DNA of 13,060 bases from Campylobacterota bacterium (GCA_034717975.1 JAYEMF010000084.1:1-13060); one strand, 5' to 3'; shown: positions 1 through 7,919, numbered from the stretch's first letter. The notes: generated by a model from the sequence alone, not told the origin. Translations and numbers: made by a program.

Positions 1-12
1 AGTAATAGAGAT

Positions 13-42
13 TTGATTTGATCTGTCTCAACTTGTTATAAT
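13..42 (+). promoter_or_regulatory. sigma70-type promoter with extended -10, overlapping a TTGA-N6-TCAA palindrome
   Basis: TG-T-TATAAT at 34-42; TTGATT at 13-18 (18-nt spacer); TTGAtctgtcTCAA at 18-31; AAGGG RBS-like at 60-64 before the TTG start at 72. Confidence 0.6.
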
Positions 43-71
43 GTAAAAAAAAATAAAGCAAGGGTACGAAA

Positions 72-575
72 TTGGTTTTATTTAGAGTACTGTTATTAGT
101 AGGCTTAATTGTTAGTATTTCTTTTTCTTCATCTGCTCCAGAATTTGATGGAACATATGTTCAGAAAAAAAACAGGGAATGGATAGAATTACCAGAACAT
201 AGGGGGATTAGCGCTAAGATTAAATTACATGATGGAACAAGACTTTATTGTTGGAATATGGCAAGAGAAGATTTAACTGATATTCCAGAAATCAATGCCG
301 ATGATTTTAAGTTGATAGCAAAAAGAATAGATGGAAAAGTTTATTATGAACATCTGTCCTTAATTGATGTTTATAGATATCCTGATGATACAAAAGCCCA
401 TGCGACTGGTTATGGAGATATTCAAATTTGGCATTGTGATGCCAATCGTTTAGAGACAAAAGAAAAACTTATTAAAAGTGAAAATACAAAAATTATAAAG
501 CCAAAAAACAAACCTAAAAAAGGACTATATGCTATTAAATTTATTACAAATAGAAAATATTTTATACTTAAATAG
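72..575 (+). CDS. hypothetical secreted/periplasmic protein
   Basis: 167-aa ORF with TTG start, promoter and RBS upstream; N-terminal signal-peptide-like stretch (FRVLLLVGLIVSISFSSSA); very AT-rich; no family recognised. Confidence 0.7.
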   Translation: MVLFRVLLLVGLIVSISFSSSAPEFDGTYVQKKNREWIELPEHRGISAKIKLHDGTRLYCWNMAREDLTDIPEINADDFKLIAKRIDGKVYYEHLSLIDVYRYPDDTKAHATGYGDIQIWHCDANRLETKEKLIKSENTKIIKPKNKPKKGLYAIKFITNRKYFILK

Positions 576-800
576 TTGACTCGTTCTCAAGTTGCACTTG
601 GAAATGAGAAGATCATCAAACTAGGAAGCGGTCTCTATGGAACAAGCAGGTTCTATTGTGTAAAAGGGACTTTTCATTTCTTCAATAACTGCAATAGTTG
701 GAGTGCAGATGCGATCCGTTCTTCAGGCTACCCAATAAGCACATTTTATACATTTACAGCAGGCAATCTAATGTATCAATTGAAGCTGGATGAACGCTGA
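576..800 (+). pseudogene. C-terminal remnant of a DUF2459 (TIGR02117-like) gene
   Basis: GLYGTSRFYxxKGTFHFFNNCNSWSADAIRSSGYPI resembles the DUF2459 C-terminal motif (FYxAxGxYHxFxTCNxW). The N-terminal portion is missing and there is no RBS; it starts immediately after the upstream TAG. Confidence 0.6.
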
Positions 801-855
801 TTTATTGACTTTTCGGACGCAATGAAAAAAACGAGAAACCCGATACTTCTGTAGA

Positions 856-1638
856 CTACCTCATAAACTCTGCAATCCTCTTCGTGTAATCGGGATGCAG
901 GTGCACGGTGTTGTGCCCTGTATCGTCAAACGTTGCAACCTCTACCCGTGCGTTGGTAAAAGTCTCTGCAAGGCTTTGGGTATTCTCACCAGGAATGATC
1001 CTGTCATCGGCCGCTACAACGATCAGTGTATCTGCACTGATCTCGGCGGCCCTGCCAGCCGAGTCTAACCGCTCTTGCAAAATCAGGTCTATCGGGAAAA
1101 AACCGTAGAGATTTTTCCCGACACTCACCGCACTGTCAAAAGGCGTAATGAGAATAAGCTTTTCAATGCCACGTTTCGAGGCAAGATAGGTCGCAACCGC
1201 CGAACCGATGCTGCGGCCCATCACGGAGACCGAGCTATGCTGTTTCGAAAAATGATCGTAAGCTGACAGCGCATCACTGTAAAGCCCCTCTTCATGAGGC
1301 GACCCACTACTGCCCCCGTAACCGCGGTAGTTGACGAGGTAGACCGTACGGTTCGCAAAAAGCGTCCTGAAATCATCGATGTTATATGCAACGTTCTCGG
1401 CATTGCCGCCAAAGTATATAAGTGCCTTCTCCTCGCCCGGATTGAGTATCCAGACCTTGATCTCTTCTTCACCCGTATCTAGTACGACGTGAGCCACACC
1501 AGGAACACTCACCTCAGAAGTGGGAAAGTAGATCATCTTGCGCTGAAAGAGAAAAAGCAAAAGAGACAACACCGCATAGGTGATGAACAGTGTTGCTATA
1601 AACGAAACCATATCTCTGCCAATTTTTGGAATATGCAT
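856..1638 (-). CDS. membrane-anchored alpha/beta hydrolase (ABHD13/Bem46-like)
   Basis: N-terminal TM helix then FQRKMIYFP; YFGGNAE; YRGYGGS; nucleophile elbow GRSIG; acid DDRIIP; GHN His. Start is uncertain: ATG 1638 or ATG 1611; the TTG at 1674 looks less likely. Confidence 0.9.
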   Translation of the reverse strand: MHIPKIGRDMVSFIATLFITYAVLSLLLFLFQRKMIYFPTSEVSVPGVAHVVLDTGEEEIKVWILNPGEEKALIYFGGNAENVAYNIDDFRTLFANRTVYLVNYRGYGGSSGSPHEEGLYSDALSAYDHFSKQHSSVSVMGRSIGSAVATYLASKRGIEKLILITPFDSAVSVGKNLYGFFPIDLILQERLDSAGRAAEISADTLIVVAADDRIIPGENTQSLAETFTNARVEVATFDDTGHNTVHLHPDYTKRIAEFMR

Positions 1639-1729
1639 AGAACTATTATGCCTAATTGTATTGATACATATCAACCCTTATTTTAAAAAAAAACAGAGCG
1701 CCGCTGCATTCTGATTTCAATTGAGTGGA

Positions 1730-1785
1730 TTTTTATTTTTATTTAATGTAAAATATTCGGACTATCATTCATTAACAGAGGCATC
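1730..1785 (+). repeat. copy 1 of a degenerate ~57-bp direct repeat / shared promoter element
   Basis: Aligns by hand to 4811-4867 at 43/57 positions; shared core GGAsTATCATT-N9-AGGCATC. Confidence 0.55.
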
Positions 1786-1838
1786 CCTAAAAAGCTTCCG
1801 ATATCCAGATAGATTTTTGAGGGGTAGCCATGATTCTG
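1776..1838 (+). other. long imperfect stem-loop in the leader of the PAS gene
   Basis: CAGA/TCTG, GGC/GCC, ATCCCT/AGGGGT and AAAAA/TTTTT nested pairings. Confidence 0.5.
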
Positions 1839-1860
1839 CAAAAAAGAGGGGTGTTATATA

Positions 1861-2664
1861 ATGGACAGTTCAAATCTTCTCACTCAGTGTGAATTTTCAC
1901 TACAGATTATAAATAACTTAAAGGCAATGATTGCTGTAATCGACAGGCAGGAGATGGAGCTGGTTGGTGCAAATCAGACACTCTTCTCGTTTTTTGACAA
2001 AAAAGACCTCTCTGATTTCAAACACACTTATGCATGCATTTGTGAGAGCTTTGAATCTACAGAGAAAGCAGATTATCTAACCGATAAGGATTTAGGTTCT
2101 GCCTGGATATTGGAACTTCTGGATAAGTCCAAAATAAATAAGGCGATTATCAGAGGGAGAATCTTCAAAGTCCTTGGCCACACAATCGATGAGAGGTATA
2201 TCGTTGCTACCTTCACAGATATAACAGAGACAGTGCGTCAAGACAAAGAGCTGGAACAGCTTAGAACACAACAGATGAAGGAGTATGTCAACAAGGCCTC
2301 TTTCCTGCATGAGATAGAGCTTGTCAGCTCCATTGCCCTTCCGGCTTTGATTGTCAATGGAAATGATCGGCTAACCGCCTACAATAACGCTTTTGTCTCT
2401 CTGTTTGATATGTATGAAGACACAGAGAGCATCGAAGATATTAAAACCAAGCAGCTGAATGTTGGTGAAACATTTCTTTTTGAGAGTGAGAGTATCTGTA
2501 AAAGTGCTTTCATTGACTGGAAAGAGGACCGCCTGAATATAGAGAGTGACGAAGCCGATGTCATCGAAATACCGATCAGTTCACAACGGCAGGCCTTTCA
2601 TATTTATATCAGTAAAGTAGAAAATCAGGATGACCGTTTCCTGCTGATTTTGCATAGAGTTTAG
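1861..2664 (+). CDS. PAS-domain protein (PAS - coiled coil - PAS-like), no output domain
   Basis: IINNLKAMIAVID..ANQTLFSFF..CICESF..TFTDITE (PAS ending in DIT), a helical linker, then second PAS-like PALIVNGNDRLTAYNNAFVSLF; RBS GAGGGG at 1846-1851. Confidence 0.75.
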   Translation: MDSSNLLTQCEFSLQIINNLKAMIAVIDRQEMELVGANQTLFSFFDKKDLSDFKHTYACICESFESTEKADYLTDKDLGSAWILELLDKSKINKAIIRGRIFKVLGHTIDERYIVATFTDITETVRQDKELEQLRTQQMKEYVNKASFLHEIELVSSIALPALIVNGNDRLTAYNNAFVSLFDMYEDTESIEDIKTKQLNVGETFLFESESICKSAFIDWKEDRLNIESDEADVIEIPISSQRQAFHIYISKVENQDDRFLLILHRV

Positions 2665-2667
2665 ATA

Positions 2668-4788
2668 ATGCTGGAAATCACACACGATACAACATGCCAT
2701 GGCAGCATTATCTCTATAGGTGCAAGCGAAAAGTATCTCTTCGTTCTTGACAACACCTACCATCTGACACTGTTGCATCCCAATACGCTGGCCTCTCTTA
2801 AAAGCATTCTGCTTGCATCGAAGAGTGCGCCTCTCCATCAGTTCAGCAATGCAATGGATGCTGACGATAGACACCATATTCTCTTCACCGTTGCTAAAAG
2901 CGGCAAAGTCATTCATATGAAGATAACGACCAAACTGGAAAAGATCACCGATACGCTATGGCACGAAGCCAATATTGGGTGTATGACGTTCGACCCTACA
3001 GGACGCTACTATGCAACAGGCGGAAATGATGGCAAGGTCCACCTTTTTGCGTATGAGAGCAGTAAGTGGCTCACATCCTTCGAGATCAGGCCGGACTACA
3101 TATCTGACCTGAACTTTTCCCATGATGGCAACTACCTGCTCTCTGCAGCTTACGATCATCATGTTTTTTTGTATGACACGGTTCGTATAGAACCTGCCGG
3201 AAAATTTGAAACCTCAAGCGTAACAGAGTCAGCACTGTTTTTTGATCATAACCATAAAGTCTGCTGTATTACCCGGCATAAGACATTGGAAGTCTATGAC
3301 CGTGCCGAGCATGAAATCATTTTTTGTGAGACGCTTTTTGATGCATGGCCAACGGTGATGATTACCGATGAGAATGAACGCTATATCATAGTTGGTACAA
3401 AACAAAACCTACTCTATATTATCAGCCTCGATACATACTCTGTCGTGGCAAAGGTTCCCCTTGACGTCCAAGGGGTCTCAACACTGAAACTGACCGATGA
3501 TGCACTTTTCATCGGTACAATAGACGGGCGCATCATGCGAGTTGATCGTACAGTGCTGCTTACGGAGTTTGAAACTGCCTTGCATGTCAAGGATTATAAA
3601 AAGGCAACGGAGCTGCTTGAGAAAAATGCACTGCTCTATTTCAGTAAAGAGGCAGAAGTCTTTGATAAGGATTGGCCGGAGGTCATGACACAGGCCAGAA
3701 AACTGCTTGAACTAAAGAAAATTGATGCTGCAGTTGCATTAACAGACCCCTTTACAAAGCACAATCCAAAATATTCGCAAGAGTTTTTATCTTACTTCTC
3801 CAACAGTAAAGAGATAGTGAATCTTGGAGAGTACGTTGAAAAAAAACTTTTCCAGGCTGCCTATGAACTTATTGAACAGTTCCCGACTTTCAAACAACTG
3901 CAGCTCTATCAGAAACTTGAGGAGTATTGGTTTTTATCGTTTAAAAAAGCGAGAAGGCACCTTGCTACCGGTGAATATGAGGGGAAACTCGAAGCAGAAA
4001 AAATCCTTCACCCCTTTATCAATGTTCCTCAGAAGGAGCAATCCATCAGACAGCTCTTAGCCAGTGCGTCAGTGTTTGAGAATGCAGAGAAACTGATCAA
4101 GCAAAAAGAGTTTGCTGCCTATTTCCAGATGGTAGAACAGTTCTCTTTTTTGGAATCGACGGAGCTCTACCTGAAGACATTGGCTCTGGGCAGTACACTC
4201 CATGATAAAGTTGTAAGATTGGAGCAAGAGAAGTTATGGGACAAAGCTATCGAGCTTTTAGAGTTTTTGGCTGCTTTCCCCACCTATAAAAAGAGTTCGA
4301 TTGAACGTATCAAAGAGATAAACAGATATTTACAATTCATAGAGAACTTAGAGGAAAAGAATTATAAAGCGGCCTATGCACAGGCTGAAGAGAGTCCCTA
4401 TATACAGAGCAGTGATGAATTTCAGAACTTGATAAAAGAGTTTAATACCGAGTATGAAGAGGCATACCATTTGGCGAAATTTGGACCACCAAAGAAGGTA
4501 TTGGCTGCTTTGGAAATATATTTTGAGATTCCATACTGGAATGAAAAAACAAAAAATATCATGAAAGTAGCTTATGCCAACGAGATAAAGAACAGTGCTT
4601 TAAGTACCATAGACTGTAAGAAGACATTGGAAAATTATATCGGTCTGTTTGGTAAAGATACGGTTTTAGAGCAAGCGATCCATGATATCAGTGATTTCCC
4701 AAAAGAGGTCTGGAGCTCAGTAGAAGAGAATAAAAACCCTAAGGAGAAAATTGAGCTTACCAATTATTTTGACACTATACTAGCTTAG
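2668..4788 (+). CDS. WD40 beta-propeller protein with C-terminal alpha-helical repeats
   Basis: WD repeats HEANIGCMTFDPTGRYYATGGNDGKVHLF and YISDLNFSHDGNYLLSAAYDHHVFLYD; all-helical C-terminal ~400 aa with ~85-aa periodicity; 3 nt downstream of the PAS gene. Confidence 0.85.
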   Translation: MLEITHDTTCHGSIISIGASEKYLFVLDNTYHLTLLHPNTLASLKSILLASKSAPLHQFSNAMDADDRHHILFTVAKSGKVIHMKITTKLEKITDTLWHEANIGCMTFDPTGRYYATGGNDGKVHLFAYESSKWLTSFEIRPDYISDLNFSHDGNYLLSAAYDHHVFLYDTVRIEPAGKFETSSVTESALFFDHNHKVCCITRHKTLEVYDRAEHEIIFCETLFDAWPTVMITDENERYIIVGTKQNLLYIISLDTYSVVAKVPLDVQGVSTLKLTDDALFIGTIDGRIMRVDRTVLLTEFETALHVKDYKKATELLEKNALLYFSKEAEVFDKDWPEVMTQARKLLELKKIDAAVALTDPFTKHNPKYSQEFLSYFSNSKEIVNLGEYVEKKLFQAAYELIEQFPTFKQLQLYQKLEEYWFLSFKKARRHLATGEYEGKLEAEKILHPFINVPQKEQSIRQLLASASVFENAEKLIKQKEFAAYFQMVEQFSFLESTELYLKTLALGSTLHDKVVRLEQEKLWDKAIELLEFLAAFPTYKKSSIERIKEINRYLQFIENLEEKNYKAAYAQAEESPYIQSSDEFQNLIKEFNTEYEEAYHLAKFGPPKKVLAALEIYFEIPYWNEKTKNIMKVAYANEIKNSALSTIDCKKTLENYIGLFGKDTVLEQAIHDISDFPKEVWSSVEENKNPKEKIELTNYFDTILA

Positions 4789-4791
4789 AAC

Positions 4792-4825
4792 AGCTATGAT
4801 TTGGGATAGCTTTTAATTTTTATTT
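4792..4825 (+). terminator. possible intrinsic terminator after the WD40 gene
   Basis: AGCTAT-N8-ATAGCT stem (4792-4811) followed by TTTAATTTTTATTT; the stem is weak. Confidence 0.4.
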
Positions 4826-4867
4826 GATGCAAGACTTTCTGGAGTATCATTAAGAGAGACAGGCATC
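4811..4867 (+). repeat. copy 2 of the degenerate direct repeat / probable amrS promoter
   Basis: Matches 1730-1785; TATCAT -10-like hexamer at 4845-4850. Confidence 0.55.
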
Positions 4868-4886
4868 TTTATGAAAAGGATAAGAG

Positions 4887-5912
4887 ATGGCAGAAGCAGC
4901 ATGGTTAAGCAAAAAGCTCGGCAGCGGAAAGGTTTTGTGTCAGGCGTGTGCGCAGGCCTGTAAACTCGATGAAGGTGAATACGGCATCTGCGGTGTAAGA
5001 AAAGTCGAAAACGGCGAACTTAAACTGCTCGTATACGGAGTTGCCGCAGCGGTAAACGTTGATCCGGTGGAGAAGAAACCGATGTTTCATTTTCTGCCAG
5101 AAAGCAGAGCATTTTCCGTGGGAACGGTAGGATGCAACTTCTCCTGTAAATTTTGCCAGAACTACGATATCTCCCAGTACCCCAAAGAGCATGAACATCA
5201 GATCGTCGGCCAGGAACTACCACCTGAACGTATCGTTGAACTTGCAATAGAGCATGGATGCAAATCGGTCGCCTACACCTACAATGAACCGATCGTCTTT
5301 TTTGAGTACACCTACGATACAGCGAAACTGGCACACGAGAGAGGGCTGAAAAACATCTATGTCACCAGCGGATTCGAGACCCGAAAGGCCATCGACCTGC
5401 TAGCACCCTATATCGACGGGATGAATATAGACATCAAGGCTTTTACTGACGAGTTCTACAAAGAGATCTGCGGTGCCCGGCTGAAACCGGTACTCCAGGC
5501 AGTCGAATATGCCCATGAAAAAGGGATCTGGGTAGAGGTGACAACACTGCTTATCCCGGGTAAAAACGACTCCGATGAAGAGATCCGCAATATTGCAAAA
5601 TTTATCGCAGGGGTGGACCCCTCCATACCGTGGCATCTCTCCGCATTTCATCCGATGTACAAGATGCTCGATGTTTCTCGCACTCCCGGATCAACACTGC
5701 GAAGAGCTTATAAAATAGGTCAGGAGGAGGGGCTGAAGTATCTCTATGTCGGCAATATCGACGATGAGGACTTTGAATCGACCTACTGTCCGGAGTGTAA
5801 AGCACGTGTCATTGACAGGCGAGGCCATATCGGACAGTATGTGACTAACGAACTAGATGAAAACGGCAACTGTCCATACTGTGGCTATGGTCTTGAAGGG
5901 GTGTGGCACTGA
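4887..5912 (+). CDS. amrS: AmmeMemoRadiSam system radical SAM enzyme
   Basis: N-terminal CxxCxxxC..GICGVR, DPVEKKPMFHFLP, radical SAM CNFSCKFCQN, AYTYNEP, WVEVTTLLIPG, PWHLSAFHPMYKM, YLYVGN and C-terminal CPEC/CPYC; RBS AAGGA. Confidence 0.93.
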   Translation: MAEAAWLSKKLGSGKVLCQACAQACKLDEGEYGICGVRKVENGELKLLVYGVAAAVNVDPVEKKPMFHFLPESRAFSVGTVGCNFSCKFCQNYDISQYPKEHEHQIVGQELPPERIVELAIEHGCKSVAYTYNEPIVFFEYTYDTAKLAHERGLKNIYVTSGFETRKAIDLLAPYIDGMNIDIKAFTDEFYKEICGARLKPVLQAVEYAHEKGIWVEVTTLLIPGKNDSDEEIRNIAKFIAGVDPSIPWHLSAFHPMYKMLDVSRTPGSTLRRAYKIGQEEGLKYLYVGNIDDEDFESTYCPECKARVIDRRGHIGQYVTNELDENGNCPYCGYGLEGVWH

Positions 5913-5943
5913 GCCTTTGATTTCATTGCATAAAAGAAAATTG

Positions 5944-6573
5944 CTAAAGCAGCTTCTCCAGTTCATGCAAGGTTTTAATGCGATGGGTGGCATCTGAAAA
6001 GTCATGTGAAGAGGTAAAATGATTGTGGACGATGACACACTCTATGCCTGCATTGAATGCTGAGCGCAGTCCGCGCTGCGAGTCTTCCACTACGATCGCT
6101 TCGTGTTTTTCACCCCCGAAAAGTTCCAGCCCTTTGAGATAAGGGTCGGGATGGGGCTTGGAACGTTCGTATTCGCCGCTGCACAGAACAAACTCCATAT
6201 GCTCGGTAAGGCCGCGTGAGGCATGAATAAGCTCAAAGTCCTCACGGCGCGAAGAGGTGACGATACCCATCCTGCAGGTTTTCCCAAGCTCAGAAAGTAT
6301 GGCAGAGACCCCTTTGATCTCAATATCTTCAGTACGAATATAGTGCTGATAGAGCTCATTACGCCTGTCACGATGCTTTTCGACCGTCTCGCTGTCAAAC
6401 CCCTGCTCTTCAGCCAGTAAAAAAGCACTTTGACCATTGATCATAATCTCGCGGTAGCGCGCTTCGTCAAGGTCGATGCCCATTGTCTTAAGAATTTCAA
6501 CATTGGCGTTGAAGTACCACTTCTCAGTCTCTACAAGTACGCCGTCATTATCAAAGAGAATATATTTTTTCAT
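5944..6573 (-). CDS. HAD-superfamily hydrolase (subfamily IA, beta-PGM/CbbY-like phosphatase)
   Basis: Motif I FDNDGVLVET, motif II VTSS, motif III KPHPDPY, motif IV EDSxxG. Confidence 0.93.
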   Translation of the reverse strand: MKKYILFDNDGVLVETEKWYFNANVEILKTMGIDLDEARYREIMINGQSAFLLAEEQGFDSETVEKHRDRRNELYQHYIRTEDIEIKGVSAILSELGKTCRMGIVTSSRREDFELIHASRGLTEHMEFVLCSGEYERSKPHPDPYLKGLELFGGEKHEAIVVEDSQRGLRSAFNAGIECVIVHNHFTSSHDFSDATHRIKTLHELEKLL

Positions 6574-6585
6574 GGTCTAATTATA
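6574..6585 (-). promoter_or_regulatory. -10 box positioned for a leaderless HAD transcript
   Basis: Minus strand reads TATAAT-tagacc-ATG (6-nt spacer) with no Shine-Dalgarno. Confidence 0.55.
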
Positions 6586-6588
6586 CTG

Positions 6589-6688
6589 NNNNNNNNNNNN
6601 NNNNNNNNNNNNNNNNNNNNNNNNNNNNNNNNNNNNNNNNNNNNNNNNNNNNNNNNNNNNNNNNNNNNNNNNNNNNNNNNNNNNNNNN
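6589..6688. other. assembly/scaffold gap (100 N)
   Basis: Exactly 100 consecutive N, the usual placeholder for a gap of unknown size. Confidence 0.98.
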
Positions 6689-6696
6689 AAAAGATG

Positions 6697-6722
6697 TATA
6701 ATAAATATAGCTATACGAAGGA
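6697..6722 (+). promoter_or_regulatory. -10 box and RBS of the coiled-coil gene
   Basis: TATAAT at 6697-6702; AAGGA at 6718-6722; ATG at 6729. Confidence 0.6.
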
Positions 6723-6728
6723 TCTATT

Positions 6729-7022
6729 ATGACCAAAGAAGAAGTTTTACTAAAAGCCAAAAAACAGCTTGATCTGTTTAAAGCTGAAATCGGTGAGTTG
6801 CGGGGAAAAGCATCACTTCTGGGTGAAGAGGCCAAAAAAGAGTTTGAGAGTGGTGCAAATGAGCTCGAAGAGCTCTATAAAGAGACCGGCACAAAATATG
6901 ATGAACTGCAGAAAAAAAGTTCTGAGAGCTGGAATGAAGCCAAAGATTTCGTTGAATTGACCAACAAGGCGCTGCGTCACTCCTTCAACTACTTTATATC
7001 TCATTACCGTAAAAAAGGGTGA
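6729..7022 (+). CDS. small coiled-coil protein (resembles Sll1863-like family)
   Basis: 97-aa amphipathic helical protein KKQLDLFKAEIGELRGKA...SESWNEAK; good promoter and RBS. Confidence 0.75.
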   Translation: MTKEEVLLKAKKQLDLFKAEIGELRGKASLLGEEAKKEFESGANELEELYKETGTKYDELQKKSSESWNEAKDFVELTNKALRHSFNYFISHYRKKG

Positions 7023-7035
7023 TAGTGAGTATATC

Positions 7036-7066
7036 GGACTGTGCCTTATCTTTAGAGGCGTCCTTT
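7036..7066. terminator. possible hairpin between convergent genes
   Basis: GGAC(tgt)GCCT...AGGCGTCC bulged stem followed by only TTT. Confidence 0.3.
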
Positions 7067-7068
7067 AC

Positions 7069-7893
7069 CTACTCCTGTTCCTCGTATTTACGTAGAACTC
7101 TATACGCCGCATGTTTAAAACGTTCGGTATCCAGTCCGTAAGCCGCGACCATCTTTGTCGCTTCCTCGATACTCGCTTCGGTCATACCTGTTTTAACATT
7201 GATACATTGGCGTATAACACGAAGGGCTTCCACCGGCATGCGATACTGTTGCGGGACCTCTTCTTTACTATCTAGGTAGCGCATTGTTTCAATAAACACT
7301 TCATCAAAGTTCCAATGCTCAAAGAGCATTACATTCACCTCTGCCGTCGTCACACCTGCATAGAGCCGTTCAACCTCTTCAATCGAATCACATGTTTTCA
7401 GCTCTTCCTGGAAGTAGTTCATATAATCACTTTGCATAAGTTCTTCAGCAACGACGACCCTGCCTGTTTCCATAAGGAATGCTATTGGTATCAACGAGCT
7501 TGCAAGCTCTACATCGACTCCCATATACCACTGAAACATCAATGAACTCTGCATATTACACAGGTCACTGAATTGTGCATTCGAAATATTATAGGGGCTC
7601 ATATCGATATCGAAACTTCTGTTAACGGAAGAGTTAAAGGCAAAACCACGTATGGTGTTTATGCCAAAAAGCGTAATCGCCTGCGCAACAGAGACTATAT
7701 TGTTTCGCAGAGCGTACAGAGGTGCATTTACCTTCGCCAGGATATCTGCAGTGAGGATAGGATCGACTTCAATTACCGCCACCAACGCTTTTGTATCCGG
7801 CGCGCCCTCTGCAAAGAGCAGCTGTAGCTTCTGGATCGATTCCGGAAGCGGCGGCAAAGAGTGCACTTTTTCAATGATAGATTCAAATCCCAT
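7069..7893 (-). CDS. HDOD domain protein (HD motif degenerate)
   Basis: LPPLP..IEVDPILTADILAKVNAPLY..SVAQAITLFG..EHWNF; the LHDIG position reads LMETG; RBS AGGAG. Confidence 0.9.
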   Translation of the reverse strand: MGFESIIEKVHSLPPLPESIQKLQLLFAEGAPDTKALVAVIEVDPILTADILAKVNAPLYALRNNIVSVAQAITLFGINTIRGFAFNSSVNRSFDIDMSPYNISNAQFSDLCNMQSSLMFQWYMGVDVELASSLIPIAFLMETGRVVVAEELMQSDYMNYFQEELKTCDSIEEVERLYAGVTTAEVNVMLFEHWNFDEVFIETMRYLDSKEEVPQQYRMPVEALRVIRQCINVKTGMTEASIEEATKMVAAYGLDTERFKHAAYRVLRKYEEQE

Positions 7894-7919
7894 ACCGGCT
7901 CCTGACTCTTTTTCTTTAT

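Noticed and set aside
72..800. Amber read-through (pyrrolysine) fusing the in-frame ORFs 72-575 and 576-800
   Set aside because: The frames are contiguous across one TAG, but the halves look unrelated: composition differs and the upstream ORF lacks DUF2459 N-terminal motifs. No pyl genes are in view, and an in-frame junction has a 1-in-3 chance
560..860. Integron attC site after the AT-rich ORF
   Set aside because: No RYYYAAC...GTTRRRY pair with an extended imperfect palindrome was found
4887..5912. Pyruvate formate-lyase activating enzyme
   Set aside because: DPVEKKP, the N-terminal Cys cluster and the C-terminal CxxC pairs indicate AmrS; no glycyl radical enzyme is nearby
6430..6835. ORFs 6430-6732 (+) and 6581-6835 (-)
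   Set aside because: Artefacts of translating through the N gap; they overlap real genes on the opposite strand
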